In this document: positions 8,788 to 17,657 of the stretch, in pieces
Position numbering within the stretch: the first letter of the stretch is position 1
How the letters are laid out: each line of letters starts with the position of its first letter
Assembly: GCA_043813875.1 (NCBI GenBank)
Contig: JBDRKP010000028.1
Location: forward strand, 1 to 22,777
From: an archaeon
GTDB lineage: Archaea > EX4484-52 > B79-G9
Length of the DNA: 22,777 nt
Direction: 5' to 3'
The notes under the pieces: model-generated
Database searches by the model: none
What the model saw: the letters and a program-made list of their open reading frames with translations, nothing else
What the model was told of the DNA's origin: nothing
Program-made: the position numbers and the translations under genes

Positions 8788-9597
8788 ATGGAAAACCGAT
8801 TCCAATATATGCTCGCCCCGCTCGAATCCATGACCGACTCATGCTTCAGGGCAATCTGCCATGGAGCTGACATGACATTCACCGAATTAGTCAGCCTTGA
8901 AGCCCTGGCAAAAAACAACGCATACGCATCGGAAAGGATAAAGCTCTACGACAGCACCCCATGCATGATCCAGATAATCGGCCAGAAAGAGCAATCCCTC
9001 CAAAAATTCCTATCCGCATTCACGCCCGATAATGGCTTTCAGGGATTCAACCTGAATCTCGGCTGCCCAGACCCGTATTTTGTCGGCCAGGGCCTTGGCT
9101 GTGCGATGATAAAGCGCATATCAAAGACAAAAAGGATGATCGACATCATAAAGGATCATGGCTACAGCACAAGCATAAAAATGCGCCTCGGCCTCAATCA
9201 GCACGAAAAAGACAAAAAGGTATACATCAACCTGATAAACAGCGTCGATGCAGATTTTTTTATAGTCCACGCAAGGCACGGCAAACAGACCTATAGCGAT
9301 AAAGCAGACTGGAGCGTCTTCCCGGAATGCGTCATGACCGGGAAAAACATCATCGCCAACGGGGACATAAAAACAAGGGATGATGTCGAAAAGATGAGAG
9401 ACTGCAAAGGCGTGATGATCGGGCGGGCCGCGATAATCAACCCTTTGATCTTCGCTGGATTGAAAGGCCTCCCACTCTCGCCATTGGACGAAATCAAAAA
9501 AGAATACGAAATATTGCTAAATGAAAGGAAAGCGCCGCCAAAATATCGCAAAAACATCTTCAAGCATCTTGGAAACGATGACTCCAAAATAGCCTGA
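8788..9597 (+). CDS. dus: tRNA-dihydrouridine synthase family protein
   Basis: LAPLESMTDSCFR, FTELV, QIIG, NLNLGCP, SIKMRLG, IVHAR, IANGDI, GVMIGRAAIINP. Confidence 0.92.
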   Translation: MENRFQYMLAPLESMTDSCFRAICHGADMTFTELVSLEALAKNNAYASERIKLYDSTPCMIQIIGQKEQSLQKFLSAFTPDNGFQGFNLNLGCPDPYFVGQGLGCAMIKRISKTKRMIDIIKDHGYSTSIKMRLGLNQHEKDKKVYINLINSVDADFFIVHARHGKQTYSDKADWSVFPECVMTGKNIIANGDIKTRDDVEKMRDCKGVMIGRAAIINPLIFAGLKGLPLSPLDEIKKEYEILLNERKAPPKYRKNIFKHLGNDDSKIA

Positions 9598-9626
9598 ATT
9601 CCCATCAAATCAACAATCCACGGAAG

Positions 9627-9782
9627 CTATCTCTTGAAACACGGCAGAGCCAGGACAAATATCGCCACCGCCGCGAGAAAAAATCCGAAAATATTGTTGG
9701 GCGGACTCTGCAGCCCTGCAAGAATCAGTATTTGAGCCGATAAGGCCATGACATATATTCTGTGAACCTTGTTGCCATCCAT
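9627..9782 (-). CDS. Small 2-TM membrane protein (51 aa)
   Basis: MDGNKVHRIYVMALSAQILILAGLQSPPNNIFGFFLAAVAIFVLALPCFKR; ATATATA box about 25 nt upstream of ATG 9782. Confidence 0.55.
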   Translation of the reverse strand: MDGNKVHRIYVMALSAQILILAGLQSPPNNIFGFFLAAVAIFVLALPCFKR

Positions 9783-9883
9783 GACAATATTTAAGTCAGA
9801 ATAGTATATATTTCTTATCACTGGCACGACAGAAATTGGAAAACACATCGGAGAAATAAAGATACACCTGCCGTGGATTGCGC

Positions 9884-10330
9884 TCACACAAGAGCCTTTT
9901 CAGCGAGATCCTTTAATATTTTGCCTACAACATCTGGAGTGCTGTCATCCACAATGCCCAGATACATCAGCAAAGCGTTCTTATAATCCACCTCTATCTT
10001 CGGCTCGCAATCCTTGACATACCTCCATGGGATGCGCACGGGTTCAGAAAAATAGTGAGATGTACCCGCACCGACATTCCTAATCTTATCGGAACTGAGA
10101 CCCGAATCCGGCGGCACTGATACAAACTGGACTCCTGAAAGGAGTTCAAGATACTCCAGAGTAGTATCGCCTACAACCCCCATATAAGCAAAAAGCCCTT
10201 TCTCAGCATCCTTTTTGAGCAGATCATTCTCATTAAAACCGGCCATATACTCAGTTCGCAGGAGGCAGTGAGTATACCCGCCACCAAACAGCTTCTCAAT
10301 ACATTCGATACAATCACTAATATTTATCAT
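9884..10330 (-). CDS. Hypothetical protein (148 aa)
   Basis: Open frame with locally typical codon bias and an AT-rich upstream region; no motif recognised. Confidence 0.6.
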   Translation of the reverse strand: MINISDCIECIEKLFGGGYTHCLLRTEYMAGFNENDLLKKDAEKGLFAYMGVVGDTTLEYLELLSGVQFVSVPPDSGLSSDKIRNVGAGTSHYFSEPVRIPWRYVKDCEPKIEVDYKNALLMYLGIVDDSTPDVVGKILKDLAEKALV

Positions 10331-10565
10331 CTCAATGAAATATTAGATAATATATATTCATAAAAAAATATATATCTAACGATAAGTAATCTTTAAGTCA
10401 CTTTAATCCTCCAGAAGATAAGCATAATCGCAGGACAAAAATAACAATATACCCCACCCAGACATCAATAGATATGATAAAATCAAGAAAAAACAGCGGA
10501 TTTATACATCCAAAAACTAAAAATAGACCATAAATCCGCGCAAATAATTTAACTAAAGCATCAGC

Positions 10566-10736
10566 TTAGAATTTCCTGTGTTTTTGAAAGCATTCTCTGC
10601 AGTAGACTGGTCTGCCTTCTGTAGGCTTGAACGGTACTTCAGTCTCTTGATTACATTCAGCGCAAGTTGCTTTATGCATCTCGCGTGGAGCGCCGAAATT
10701 ACTTTGGCCGCCTCTGCTTCTGTTGTCAAAGCTCAT
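10566..10736 (-). CDS. CxxC-x17-CxxC zinc-ribbon small protein (56 aa; not in the ORF track)
   Basis: MSFDNRSRGGQSNFGAPREMHKATCAECNQETEVPFKPTEGRPVYCRECFQKHRKF; AAGGTGA SD; typical REMHxAxCxxC...VPFKP...RPVYCxxC pattern. Confidence 0.93.
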   Translation of the reverse strand: MSFDNRSRGGQSNFGAPREMHKATCAECNQETEVPFKPTEGRPVYCRECFQKHRKF

Positions 10737-10843
10737 TTTTTCACCTTATTGTTAACTAGATATACGAGTTATTCCCATTTACCAAGAAGTAGAAACTCTC
10801 TATATACTAAAACCTAATTGGAAAAATAGCTTTATATATATAT

Positions 10844-10996
10844 GTATCGCTGAACTTTTGCGTTTTTTGCCTTGAGACATTATATTTAAGCCATAGCATC
10901 TCGTTTTTAGAATAAGTTACGTTTTTACAGGTTGTACGGACGGTTTCGATAGCAGTTGACTAATTTAGCTCGGAAAACGCAAAAGTCTGGTATCGC
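10844..10996. mobile_element. Candidate MITE (139 bp, 10851-10989) with 7-bp flanking direct repeat
   Basis: Perfect 13-bp IR ACTTTTGCGTTTT (10854-10866)/AAAACGCAAAAGT (10974-10986); GTATCGC at 10844-10850 and 10990-10996, each 3 nt outside the IR; no ORF recognised. Confidence 0.6.
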
Positions 10997-11333
10997 CTGT
11001 TTCATTCATCGCCCAGGAAAAAACCGCAAGCTCCACCTCACCTCACCACACCCCCCAAAAAAGCGCACAAAGACACGGACATTCCTCCACATTTGACACC
11101 CACATACGTTTTTTACGCTGCAATATGACCTCCCAAAAATAACCTTCTGGCAAGAAGCAATACATAGCTATTTATTATTAATATGCCAATAAAATAATAT
11201 TCGTTATTTCTATGGTGTGGTAAGGTCAGGCACATAAATAACCGGACAAAATAGCCTTATGGCCATGTCATGATTGAGAAAAAGACATACGAACCAAAAG
11301 AAATAAAAATAAAAGAGCGGGGCGGCTGTAAAT

Positions 11334-11633
11334 ATGCAACTAATAATAAGTTCAAAAATATGCAAAGAAGGTGTGATCGAGATATCAAAAACAGTCACCG
11401 GCTGGCAGATAAGCAAAGTAAAGCATTGCGGCGATTGCGATAAGGATGGCTACCCATACTTATATCAGACACTTGAATACAACGGCATAACATATCGCGC
11501 GACACTAGGCACTTACCTGGAAGAGATATGGAACACTTCACACAACGACAAAAAAGAAGATTCATGGATACAGGAACGCTTCAACCAGATATCCAACTGG
11601 ATGAACGATTCCGAGACACCAGTCCGCATTTAA
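11334..11633 (+). CDS. Hypothetical protein (99 aa)
   Basis: KTVTGW...GDCDKDGYPYLYQTLE...ITY...YLEEIW pattern recalls a small conserved accessory family (from memory). Confidence 0.65.
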   Translation: MQLIISSKICKEGVIEISKTVTGWQISKVKHCGDCDKDGYPYLYQTLEYNGITYRATLGTYLEEIWNTSHNDKKEDSWIQERFNQISNWMNDSETPVRI

Positions 11634-11708
11634 GAAAGCCAGTCTGATTTCACTTTAATACACATATGCACAAGCAGATTAAGCATCGCTTTCTTTTGCA
11701 ATTTCCAC

Positions 11709-12335
11709 TCACTCGATCTTGCAGGAATCAAACCATTCCTTCCTGAACAGCTTGAGAGGCATCGCATTTATATCGTCCCTGGTGCCTTCCACAAGATAAC
11801 TCACCGCCATCTTATTATTCTTCTTGTCAATATCCGTACTGATCAGCTTGCATCTCTTCGTACCGATCAGCGTTTTTATCTCCCGCTCATTGATAACCAT
11901 ATTCGTAGTCACATGCACCTTTTTCTGATAAGATCCGATACCTTTTCTCTCAAGGATCGTATCAAAGATGAGCACAAACCATATCAGGACATAAAGGATG
12001 ATACCCACATCATACTCCCCGACACCGATAAGCAACCCGAAGATGGAGAATATCCATATGCTGGCAGCGCTCGTGAACCCGAAAATCTTGTCCGTAGTCT
12101 TTATCAGGGCGCCTGCACCAAGGAACCCGACACCGGTTATGATACCGCTCAGAAGCGGAAGAGGAGCCTCAGGACTCAGGTTTATCGCAGTTATGGCAAG
12201 CCCGCATGAACCGACAGCCACAAAAATAAAAGTACCGAAACCGATAGGCTTATGCGCCCTCTGCCTATCCACGCCAAAAAGAAGCGACAACACAAACGTA
12301 ATGACAAATCGCAATACTACAACAGATATTTCCAT
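11709..12335 (-). CDS. MgtC/SapB family membrane protein
   Basis: LFGVDRQRAHKPIGFGTF, IITGVGFLGAGALIK, GFTSAASIW; start reset to ATG 12335 (208 aa) to avoid overlap with the HNH gene. Confidence 0.9.
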   Translation of the reverse strand: MEISVVVLRFVITFVLSLLFGVDRQRAHKPIGFGTFIFVAVGSCGLAITAINLSPEAPLPLLSGIITGVGFLGAGALIKTTDKIFGFTSAASIWIFSIFGLLIGVGEYDVGIILYVLIWFVLIFDTILERKGIGSYQKKVHVTTNMVINEREIKTLIGTKRCKLISTDIDKKNNKMAVSYLVEGTRDDINAMPLKLFRKEWFDSCKIE

Positions 12336-12467
12336 AACAATCCCAAAAACCATGAATATGAAGTGTTTCTCCCCGGAGCAATTCTTTTGTACAAATAAGC
12401 TTAAATACACATAGACAACACCCAAAACAGAGACAAAAATATAAAATGCATACACAAAACAGTATAC

Positions 12468-12908
12468 ATGAAACTCGAAATAGAACTCGTCCCCAGAACA
12501 GCATGGTATTCCAACCTGCGGACAAAGATCCCACAAAAAGAATGGGACAAGATCAGGAAGCAGAGCTATTCCGATGCGGGCAACAGATGCGAAATATGCG
12601 GAGCCGTTGATAAACTGAACTGCCATGAGATATGGACGTACAATGACAACAGCCATACCCAAAAATTAGAAGGCTTCACCGCCCTATGCGATAACTGCCA
12701 TCTCATAAAACACATTGGATTCGCACAGATACAGGCAGAAAAAGGACTCATCAGCATGGAAAGACTGGTAAAGCACTTCATGGAAGTAAACCACGTAGGC
12801 AGAAACACATTCGAAAAGCATCATGAAGAATCATTCATCACATGGGAAAAGCGCTCAAAGCATAACTGGACCACAGACTTATCCCGATGGTCAACACTAG
12901 TAAGATGA
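12468..12908 (+). CDS. HNH-type (zinc-knuckle) endonuclease-like protein
   Basis: LEIELVPRTAWYSNLR, WDKIRK, CEICG, CHEIW, ALCDNCHLIKHIG. Confidence 0.8.
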   Translation: MKLEIELVPRTAWYSNLRTKIPQKEWDKIRKQSYSDAGNRCEICGAVDKLNCHEIWTYNDNSHTQKLEGFTALCDNCHLIKHIGFAQIQAEKGLISMERLVKHFMEVNHVGRNTFEKHHEESFITWEKRSKHNWTTDLSRWSTLVR

Positions 12909-12971
12909 TTTCTTCAGGCATCCCGCCAGAGTAATACGCAAACAAAAAAGCCAATGCATAATGAACAAATC

Positions 12972-13631
12972 CTATAAATCTTCCACAAGGACAAACTCCT
13001 TCCCGCAAAGCCTGCACAAGGCGCTGAACTCCTTTTTCCCGACCCTCACATTAGTGCACCCACAGCTATACTTCTTCAGGTTGGACTTGCCCTTCTTGAA
13101 CTTCCGCTCCCCCTTCTTCTCTTCAATTATCCTGACCCCGTGCGCCTGGATAAACCCTGTAAAAGGCTCACCCATCCCAAGTGAATATCCCTTCGCATCA
13201 CTCGGGATCCCAAGCAGGCCAGCCCTGTCGCGAAAGAACTTCGAATGATGGTTCCCGGATGACTTCTTCGGCGTCATACCGAGCAGGTCCTCCTCAAGAT
13301 GGATCATCTCATGAAGAAGCGTGGCAACAATCTGACAGAAAGGCCTCTCCATATACTGCGAATTCATGTTGATCTCATGCTTCAGCCCGAACTCATTGCG
13401 CCCGAACCTGTAATGCCCAAGACTCGTCACCCGCGTCTTCTTGAAAGCGATGACCGCCTGCGGCAAACGCCCAGAAAACCACTGCGCATTGAAAAGATCA
13501 AAAAACCGGTAAAGATACTTGACAGCATTCTTCAGGTACCAGTCACCGACACTGGACTCATGCTCACGCAGATTCCGATTTATTTCCTCAGCCATAAAAT
13601 TCAACCCTAAAACATCTATTGTTTGCCCCAT
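12972..13631 (-). CDS. SprT-like zinc metalloprotease domain protein
   Basis: FDLFNAQWFSGRLP, HEINMN, TLLHEMIH (HExxH), NHHSKFF, C-terminal YSCGC...CRLCG zinc ribbon. Confidence 0.85.
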   Translation of the reverse strand: MGQTIDVLGLNFMAEEINRNLREHESSVGDWYLKNAVKYLYRFFDLFNAQWFSGRLPQAVIAFKKTRVTSLGHYRFGRNEFGLKHEINMNSQYMERPFCQIVATLLHEMIHLEEDLLGMTPKKSSGNHHSKFFRDRAGLLGIPSDAKGYSLGMGEPFTGFIQAHGVRIIEEKKGERKFKKGKSNLKKYSCGCTNVRVGKKEFSALCRLCGKEFVLVEDL

Positions 13632-13659
13632 AATTTAAACTTAATCCGGCAATCTCAAA

Positions 13660-13674
13660 AAACTATATAAAACC
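13660..13674. promoter_or_regulatory. Putative bidirectional TATA box between the SprT-like and MscS genes
   Basis: AAAACTATATAAAAC in a 63-bp divergent gap, about 23 nt before the MscS ATG. Confidence 0.45.
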
Positions 13675-13694
13675 ATTCGCCCCTATTTCTAGGT

Positions 13695-14795
13695 ATGGCT
13701 ATAAACATCACACAATCAGGCATTCTGACAAATCAGGTAAACACGCTTACAAGCGGCTACTTCACAGAACTCCAGTTAGAGTTAATCACCGCCATCGCAA
13801 TCCTCATCATATTCCTGATACTCGCAAAACTCTCAGACATAGTCTTTGAACAGGTATTCAAAAAACTCACGCAGAAAACCAAGACAGAGATAGACGACAA
13901 GATAATCAACGTCCTGATGACCCCGATATTCCTGACTGTCACCCTCTTTGGCGTCATAATAGCCTTGAGCACGATAATGGTGCTGGAAAACACAATGGTG
14001 TTCCTCACAAAGATAGCAAAGACGGTCCTCATAATAATATGGACAATAACAGCAGCAAAGATATCGACAATAATCATATATGACGTCCTCGGAAAAGTCA
14101 CAAAAAAGACAAAATCGACACTAGACAACGAGATGCTTCCGCTTTTCCAGAACCTCGCAAAAATAATCATATATTTCCTCGGCCTCACGATGATCCTGAG
14201 TGCATGGCAAATCGACCTCACGCCATTCCTCGCGACAGCAGGAGTAGCAGGTATCGCCATCGCATTCGCGGCCCAGAACACGATATCGCACATATTCGGC
14301 GGCATATCAGTCTACTTCGACAAGCCATTCAAGGTCGGCGACAGGATCCAGCTTGAAAGCGGCGAATACGGGGATGTGACAGAAATAGGGATCAGAAGCA
14401 CACGGATACTCACCCTTGACGAGACAATGATAGTCATACCGAACGACAAGATAGCCAACTCCAAGATAGTCAACTACCATGCCCCCTATTCACGCATGAA
14501 AGTGAAGATGCGCATCGGCGTCGTTTACGGATCAGACGTCGGAAAAGTCAAAAAGACACTATTGAAGGTAGCAAAAAACGCGCCGCACGTATTAAAAAAT
14601 CCTACCCCCGTAGTCCTTTTCGTCGAACACGGCGACTTCAGCCTCCAGTTCCTCCTCATAACGTGGGTCGAGAATCCTATGCTGAAAGGAGATGTGACAG
14701 ATGAACTGAACGTGGGAATAGACAGGGAATTCAGGAAAGAGAAGATAGAAATAGCATTCCCAACCCAGACAATATACACAATAAAAGGAAAATGA
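13695..14795 (+). CDS. mscS: Small-conductance mechanosensitive channel (MscS family, extra N-terminal TMs)
   Basis: Pore helix AGVAGIAIAFAAQNTISHIFGG, PFKVGDRI, GDVTEIGIRST, IPNDKI, GVVYGSD, IEIAFP. Confidence 0.94.
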   Translation: MAINITQSGILTNQVNTLTSGYFTELQLELITAIAILIIFLILAKLSDIVFEQVFKKLTQKTKTEIDDKIINVLMTPIFLTVTLFGVIIALSTIMVLENTMVFLTKIAKTVLIIIWTITAAKISTIIIYDVLGKVTKKTKSTLDNEMLPLFQNLAKIIIYFLGLTMILSAWQIDLTPFLATAGVAGIAIAFAAQNTISHIFGGISVYFDKPFKVGDRIQLESGEYGDVTEIGIRSTRILTLDETMIVIPNDKIANSKIVNYHAPYSRMKVKMRIGVVYGSDVGKVKKTLLKVAKNAPHVLKNPTPVVLFVEHGDFSLQFLLITWVENPMLKGDVTDELNVGIDREFRKEKIEIAFPTQTIYTIKGK

Positions 14796-14799
14796 TACC

Positions 14800-15936
14800 A
14801 TGACCTCAACAAACGCAGAATCAATCAACGCAAAAGACCTCAATCTCCAGGCCCTGACAGCCGACGAAGAGAACGAGATCCTGAAAAACACAGTCTCAGA
14901 ACTCCATAAAGAGCTCGAGAAATACAGGAAAACGCCATACATAGTAGCATCTGTAGTCGACATAATCAATCCCGACGAAGTCGTGATAAGGCTCAACGGC
15001 GGCGACTTCTGCGTAAACGTCGCAAACGACGTAAAAAACAAGATAAAAGTGAACGACCGCGTCCTCGTCGAACAGAAATCACTGACATTAGTAAGAATTA
15101 TCGGCACATCAAAGCACTTCGACGTATCAAACTACATAATCTGCGAAAAGCCCAACATTGACTGGAAAAAGATTGGCGGCCTGAAAAAAGAGATCAACGA
15201 GATAAAAGAAGTGATAGAACTGCCCTTATTGCACCCGGAATTATTCGAACAGGTAGGCATAGACCCGCCAAAAGGCATGCTGCTCTACGGGCCTCCAGGC
15301 ACCGGCAAGACCCTTCTTGCAAAAGCCGCAGCAACAAACACGAACTCAACATTCCTTGAGATAGTAGGCTCAGAACTTGTCCAGAAATTCATCGGGGAAG
15401 GCGCAAAATTCGTCAAATCAATCTTCGATCTTGCAAGAGAAAAAGCCCCGTCAATCATATTCATCGACGAGCTTGACGCCATCGCCGCAAAAAGAATAGA
15501 AGTAGGCACATCCGGCGAACGCGAAGTCCAGCGCACCTTCATGCAGCTCTTATCCGAGATAGACGGCTTCAAGCACCTAGGCAACGTAAAAGTCATCGGC
15601 GCAACCAACCGCTTAGACATCCTGGACCCGGCGATAACAAGGCCAGGCAGGCTCGACCGACTCCTTGAGGTGCCCCTCCCGAACGAAGAAGGAAGATACG
15701 AGATATACAATATACACACATCAAAGATGCACCTTGAAAAAGACGTAAACTTAAAAGAAGTAGCCCGTCTAAGCACAAAGATGTCAGGCGCAGAGATAAA
15801 ATCCGTCTGCACAGAAGCAGGATACTTCGCAATCAGGGAAAAAAAATCCAGCGTAAACATGAGCGAATTCATATCAGCCATAAAGAAAGTGAAAACAGAA
15901 GACAACACGCACAACAACATCCACATGTACGGCTGA
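14800..15936 (+). CDS. pan: Proteasome-activating nucleotidase (AAA+)
   Basis: N-terminal coiled coil plus OB-like region; GPPGTGKT, ELVQKFIGEG pore loop, IIFIDELD, GEREVQRT, ATNRLDILDPAITRPGRLDR, C-terminal HbYX motif MYG. Confidence 0.93.
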   Translation: MTSTNAESINAKDLNLQALTADEENEILKNTVSELHKELEKYRKTPYIVASVVDIINPDEVVIRLNGGDFCVNVANDVKNKIKVNDRVLVEQKSLTLVRIIGTSKHFDVSNYIICEKPNIDWKKIGGLKKEINEIKEVIELPLLHPELFEQVGIDPPKGMLLYGPPGTGKTLLAKAAATNTNSTFLEIVGSELVQKFIGEGAKFVKSIFDLAREKAPSIIFIDELDAIAAKRIEVGTSGEREVQRTFMQLLSEIDGFKHLGNVKVIGATNRLDILDPAITRPGRLDRLLEVPLPNEEGRYEIYNIHTSKMHLEKDVNLKEVARLSTKMSGAEIKSVCTEAGYFAIREKKSSVNMSEFISAIKKVKTEDNTHNNIHMYG

Positions 15937-15994
15937 ATTAAAAAACCAGCATATACCACTAAAATATATAAAACATCACACAAATTAATTTATT

Positions 15995-17509
15995 ATGATA
16001 CTGGACGACACGACATACAAGATAGCCATTCTCTTCGTGATACTCCTTGTCGGCTACACCATCTCAAAGATCACAGAAAATCTCATCACATCCGCCTGGA
16101 GAAAGAAATACAGCACAAGCCTCGAAAAAGTGCAGCTGGCCCACATATCAGGCCTGGTAATAAACATCATCACACTCATCATAGCCTTGAGCATCCTGAA
16201 GATAAACATCACAGAAAACACGCTCCTTGAAATATACAATTATATCCCGTTCATTCTATCTATAATACTTCTCGGCGTCCTCATAATTCTCATCGTGAAA
16301 CTGACATTCTACACAATAGATAAATTCATATCCACAAGCGGCATCAAAAGCATAATAGAAGAAAACGACCACGAGGATACACTTGAAACCTTGCTATTGC
16401 TCTTAAGGTACGCCCTCTACATCATCCTCGGCCTGATCGGCCTGAAATCAACAGGCATAAACATAGACTATGCAGTCACTCTGCTAAAGACAATCCTTTA
16501 TCCGCTATTGATATTAGGCCTTGTCCTGTTATTCGTAGGCCTGAAACCATACATCGAGAACTGGTTTTCCGGCCTCTACCTGAAAAACATGAACTTCCTG
16601 AGAGTCGGCGAGCAGGTCAGGATAAAAGAAGACATCTATACCATAGACTCTCTGAAAAAGCAGGGCATAACCCTGAAAGGAAAAACCGACTTCAACACCT
16701 TTGTCCCTTACAAAAAACTATACGAAGACCAACTTCAATACAAAGAGATAATATACGACCTGACCACCCTTGAAAAAATTAAAGACCACTTCCTCGCCCA
16801 GCAGCCAAGCTACTGCGGGCCGGCATCAGCATCGATTATTTTGAAAATCTTCGGCTACAATATCAGCCAGGAAGAGATCGGAAAAGAAGCAAATACATTG
16901 GTTCCGCCGCAAAAAAGACTGGACGGAAAACCGATTCCCGGCGGAACAAGACCCGATAATCTCATAGACACAGTCGAAAGATTGACAGATGACAAAGTGA
17001 AAGGCGCATGGATAAACATCGACAAGATCAACGACCTCAAACTTGAAATAAAGACATGGCTCGACAACAAGGCCCTGGTAATCATTGATTACAAAAAAAG
17101 TTTCCTCTTCCCTGAAGCTGAAAAAGCCCACTATTCAGTCTGCCTTTCGATAAAAGGTGACGAATTGCTCATCCTCGACCCCAGCCTGAAAAAAGGAGGC
17201 GTATATTTCGCAGACATAAAAAAAGTATACTTGGGCATGAACACATACTCTGAATTCCTGAAAGAAAAGAGAGGATACATCGTCCTCGCGCCATTTGGCA
17301 CAACAGCATACCACAGGATTGAAAAAGGTCTCATATACTCCGACCCGAGCCTATACGACAACCTTAACAACAACCTGACAAAAGAACTGGACACCCTTAT
17401 AAAAAAAGCCTCAAAGATAGAAAACATCCTGCCATCCAGCATAAAAAAGACCATCAACGAGTACAAGAAAAAAGAGAAAGTGACCCGCATATGGACGCCG
17501 GGATCATGA
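15995..17509 (+). CDS. Fusion of an MscS-like membrane/beta domain and a C39/phytochelatin-synthase-like cysteine peptidase
   Basis: About 5 TM helices, then YIENWFSGLYL...FLRVGEQVRI...FVPYKKL (MscS beta-domain-like), then QQPSYCGPAS (Cys274), AHYSV (His379), LILDPS (Asp395). Confidence 0.8.
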   Translation: MILDDTTYKIAILFVILLVGYTISKITENLITSAWRKKYSTSLEKVQLAHISGLVINIITLIIALSILKINITENTLLEIYNYIPFILSIILLGVLIILIVKLTFYTIDKFISTSGIKSIIEENDHEDTLETLLLLLRYALYIILGLIGLKSTGINIDYAVTLLKTILYPLLILGLVLLFVGLKPYIENWFSGLYLKNMNFLRVGEQVRIKEDIYTIDSLKKQGITLKGKTDFNTFVPYKKLYEDQLQYKEIIYDLTTLEKIKDHFLAQQPSYCGPASASIILKIFGYNISQEEIGKEANTLVPPQKRLDGKPIPGGTRPDNLIDTVERLTDDKVKGAWINIDKINDLKLEIKTWLDNKALVIIDYKKSFLFPEAEKAHYSVCLSIKGDELLILDPSLKKGGVYFADIKKVYLGMNTYSEFLKEKRGYIVLAPFGTTAYHRIEKGLIYSDPSLYDNLNNNLTKELDTLIKKASKIENILPSSIKKTINEYKKKEKVTRIWTPGS

Positions 17510-17657
17510 CCGCAGATATTTTGTTAATCCCCTCACATTATAATGCAATCTTTAAAAAGAACCCACAGGAATACGATTCAAACCACATTAATCTGGAAAC
17601 ACCAACAATAAAATATTTAAAGCTATCGGTCAAATCAATAAAAAAGGTGGTTTGCAA

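Noticed and set aside
10578..10817. 79-aa plus-strand ORF
   Set aside because: Antisense to the CxxC-x17-CxxC gene
11270..11443. 57-aa ORF overlapping 11334-11633 as a programmed frameshift
   Set aside because: The 11334 frame reads as a coherent protein from its own ATG; no clear slippery site or stimulator
12336..12662. N-terminal extension of the 317-aa MgtC ORF
   Set aside because: Overlaps the HNH gene on the other strand; MgtC similarity starts at MEISVVVLRF
13757..15983. Minus-strand ORFs of 182, 99, 171, 232 and 79 aa
   Set aside because: Antisense shadows of mscS and pan
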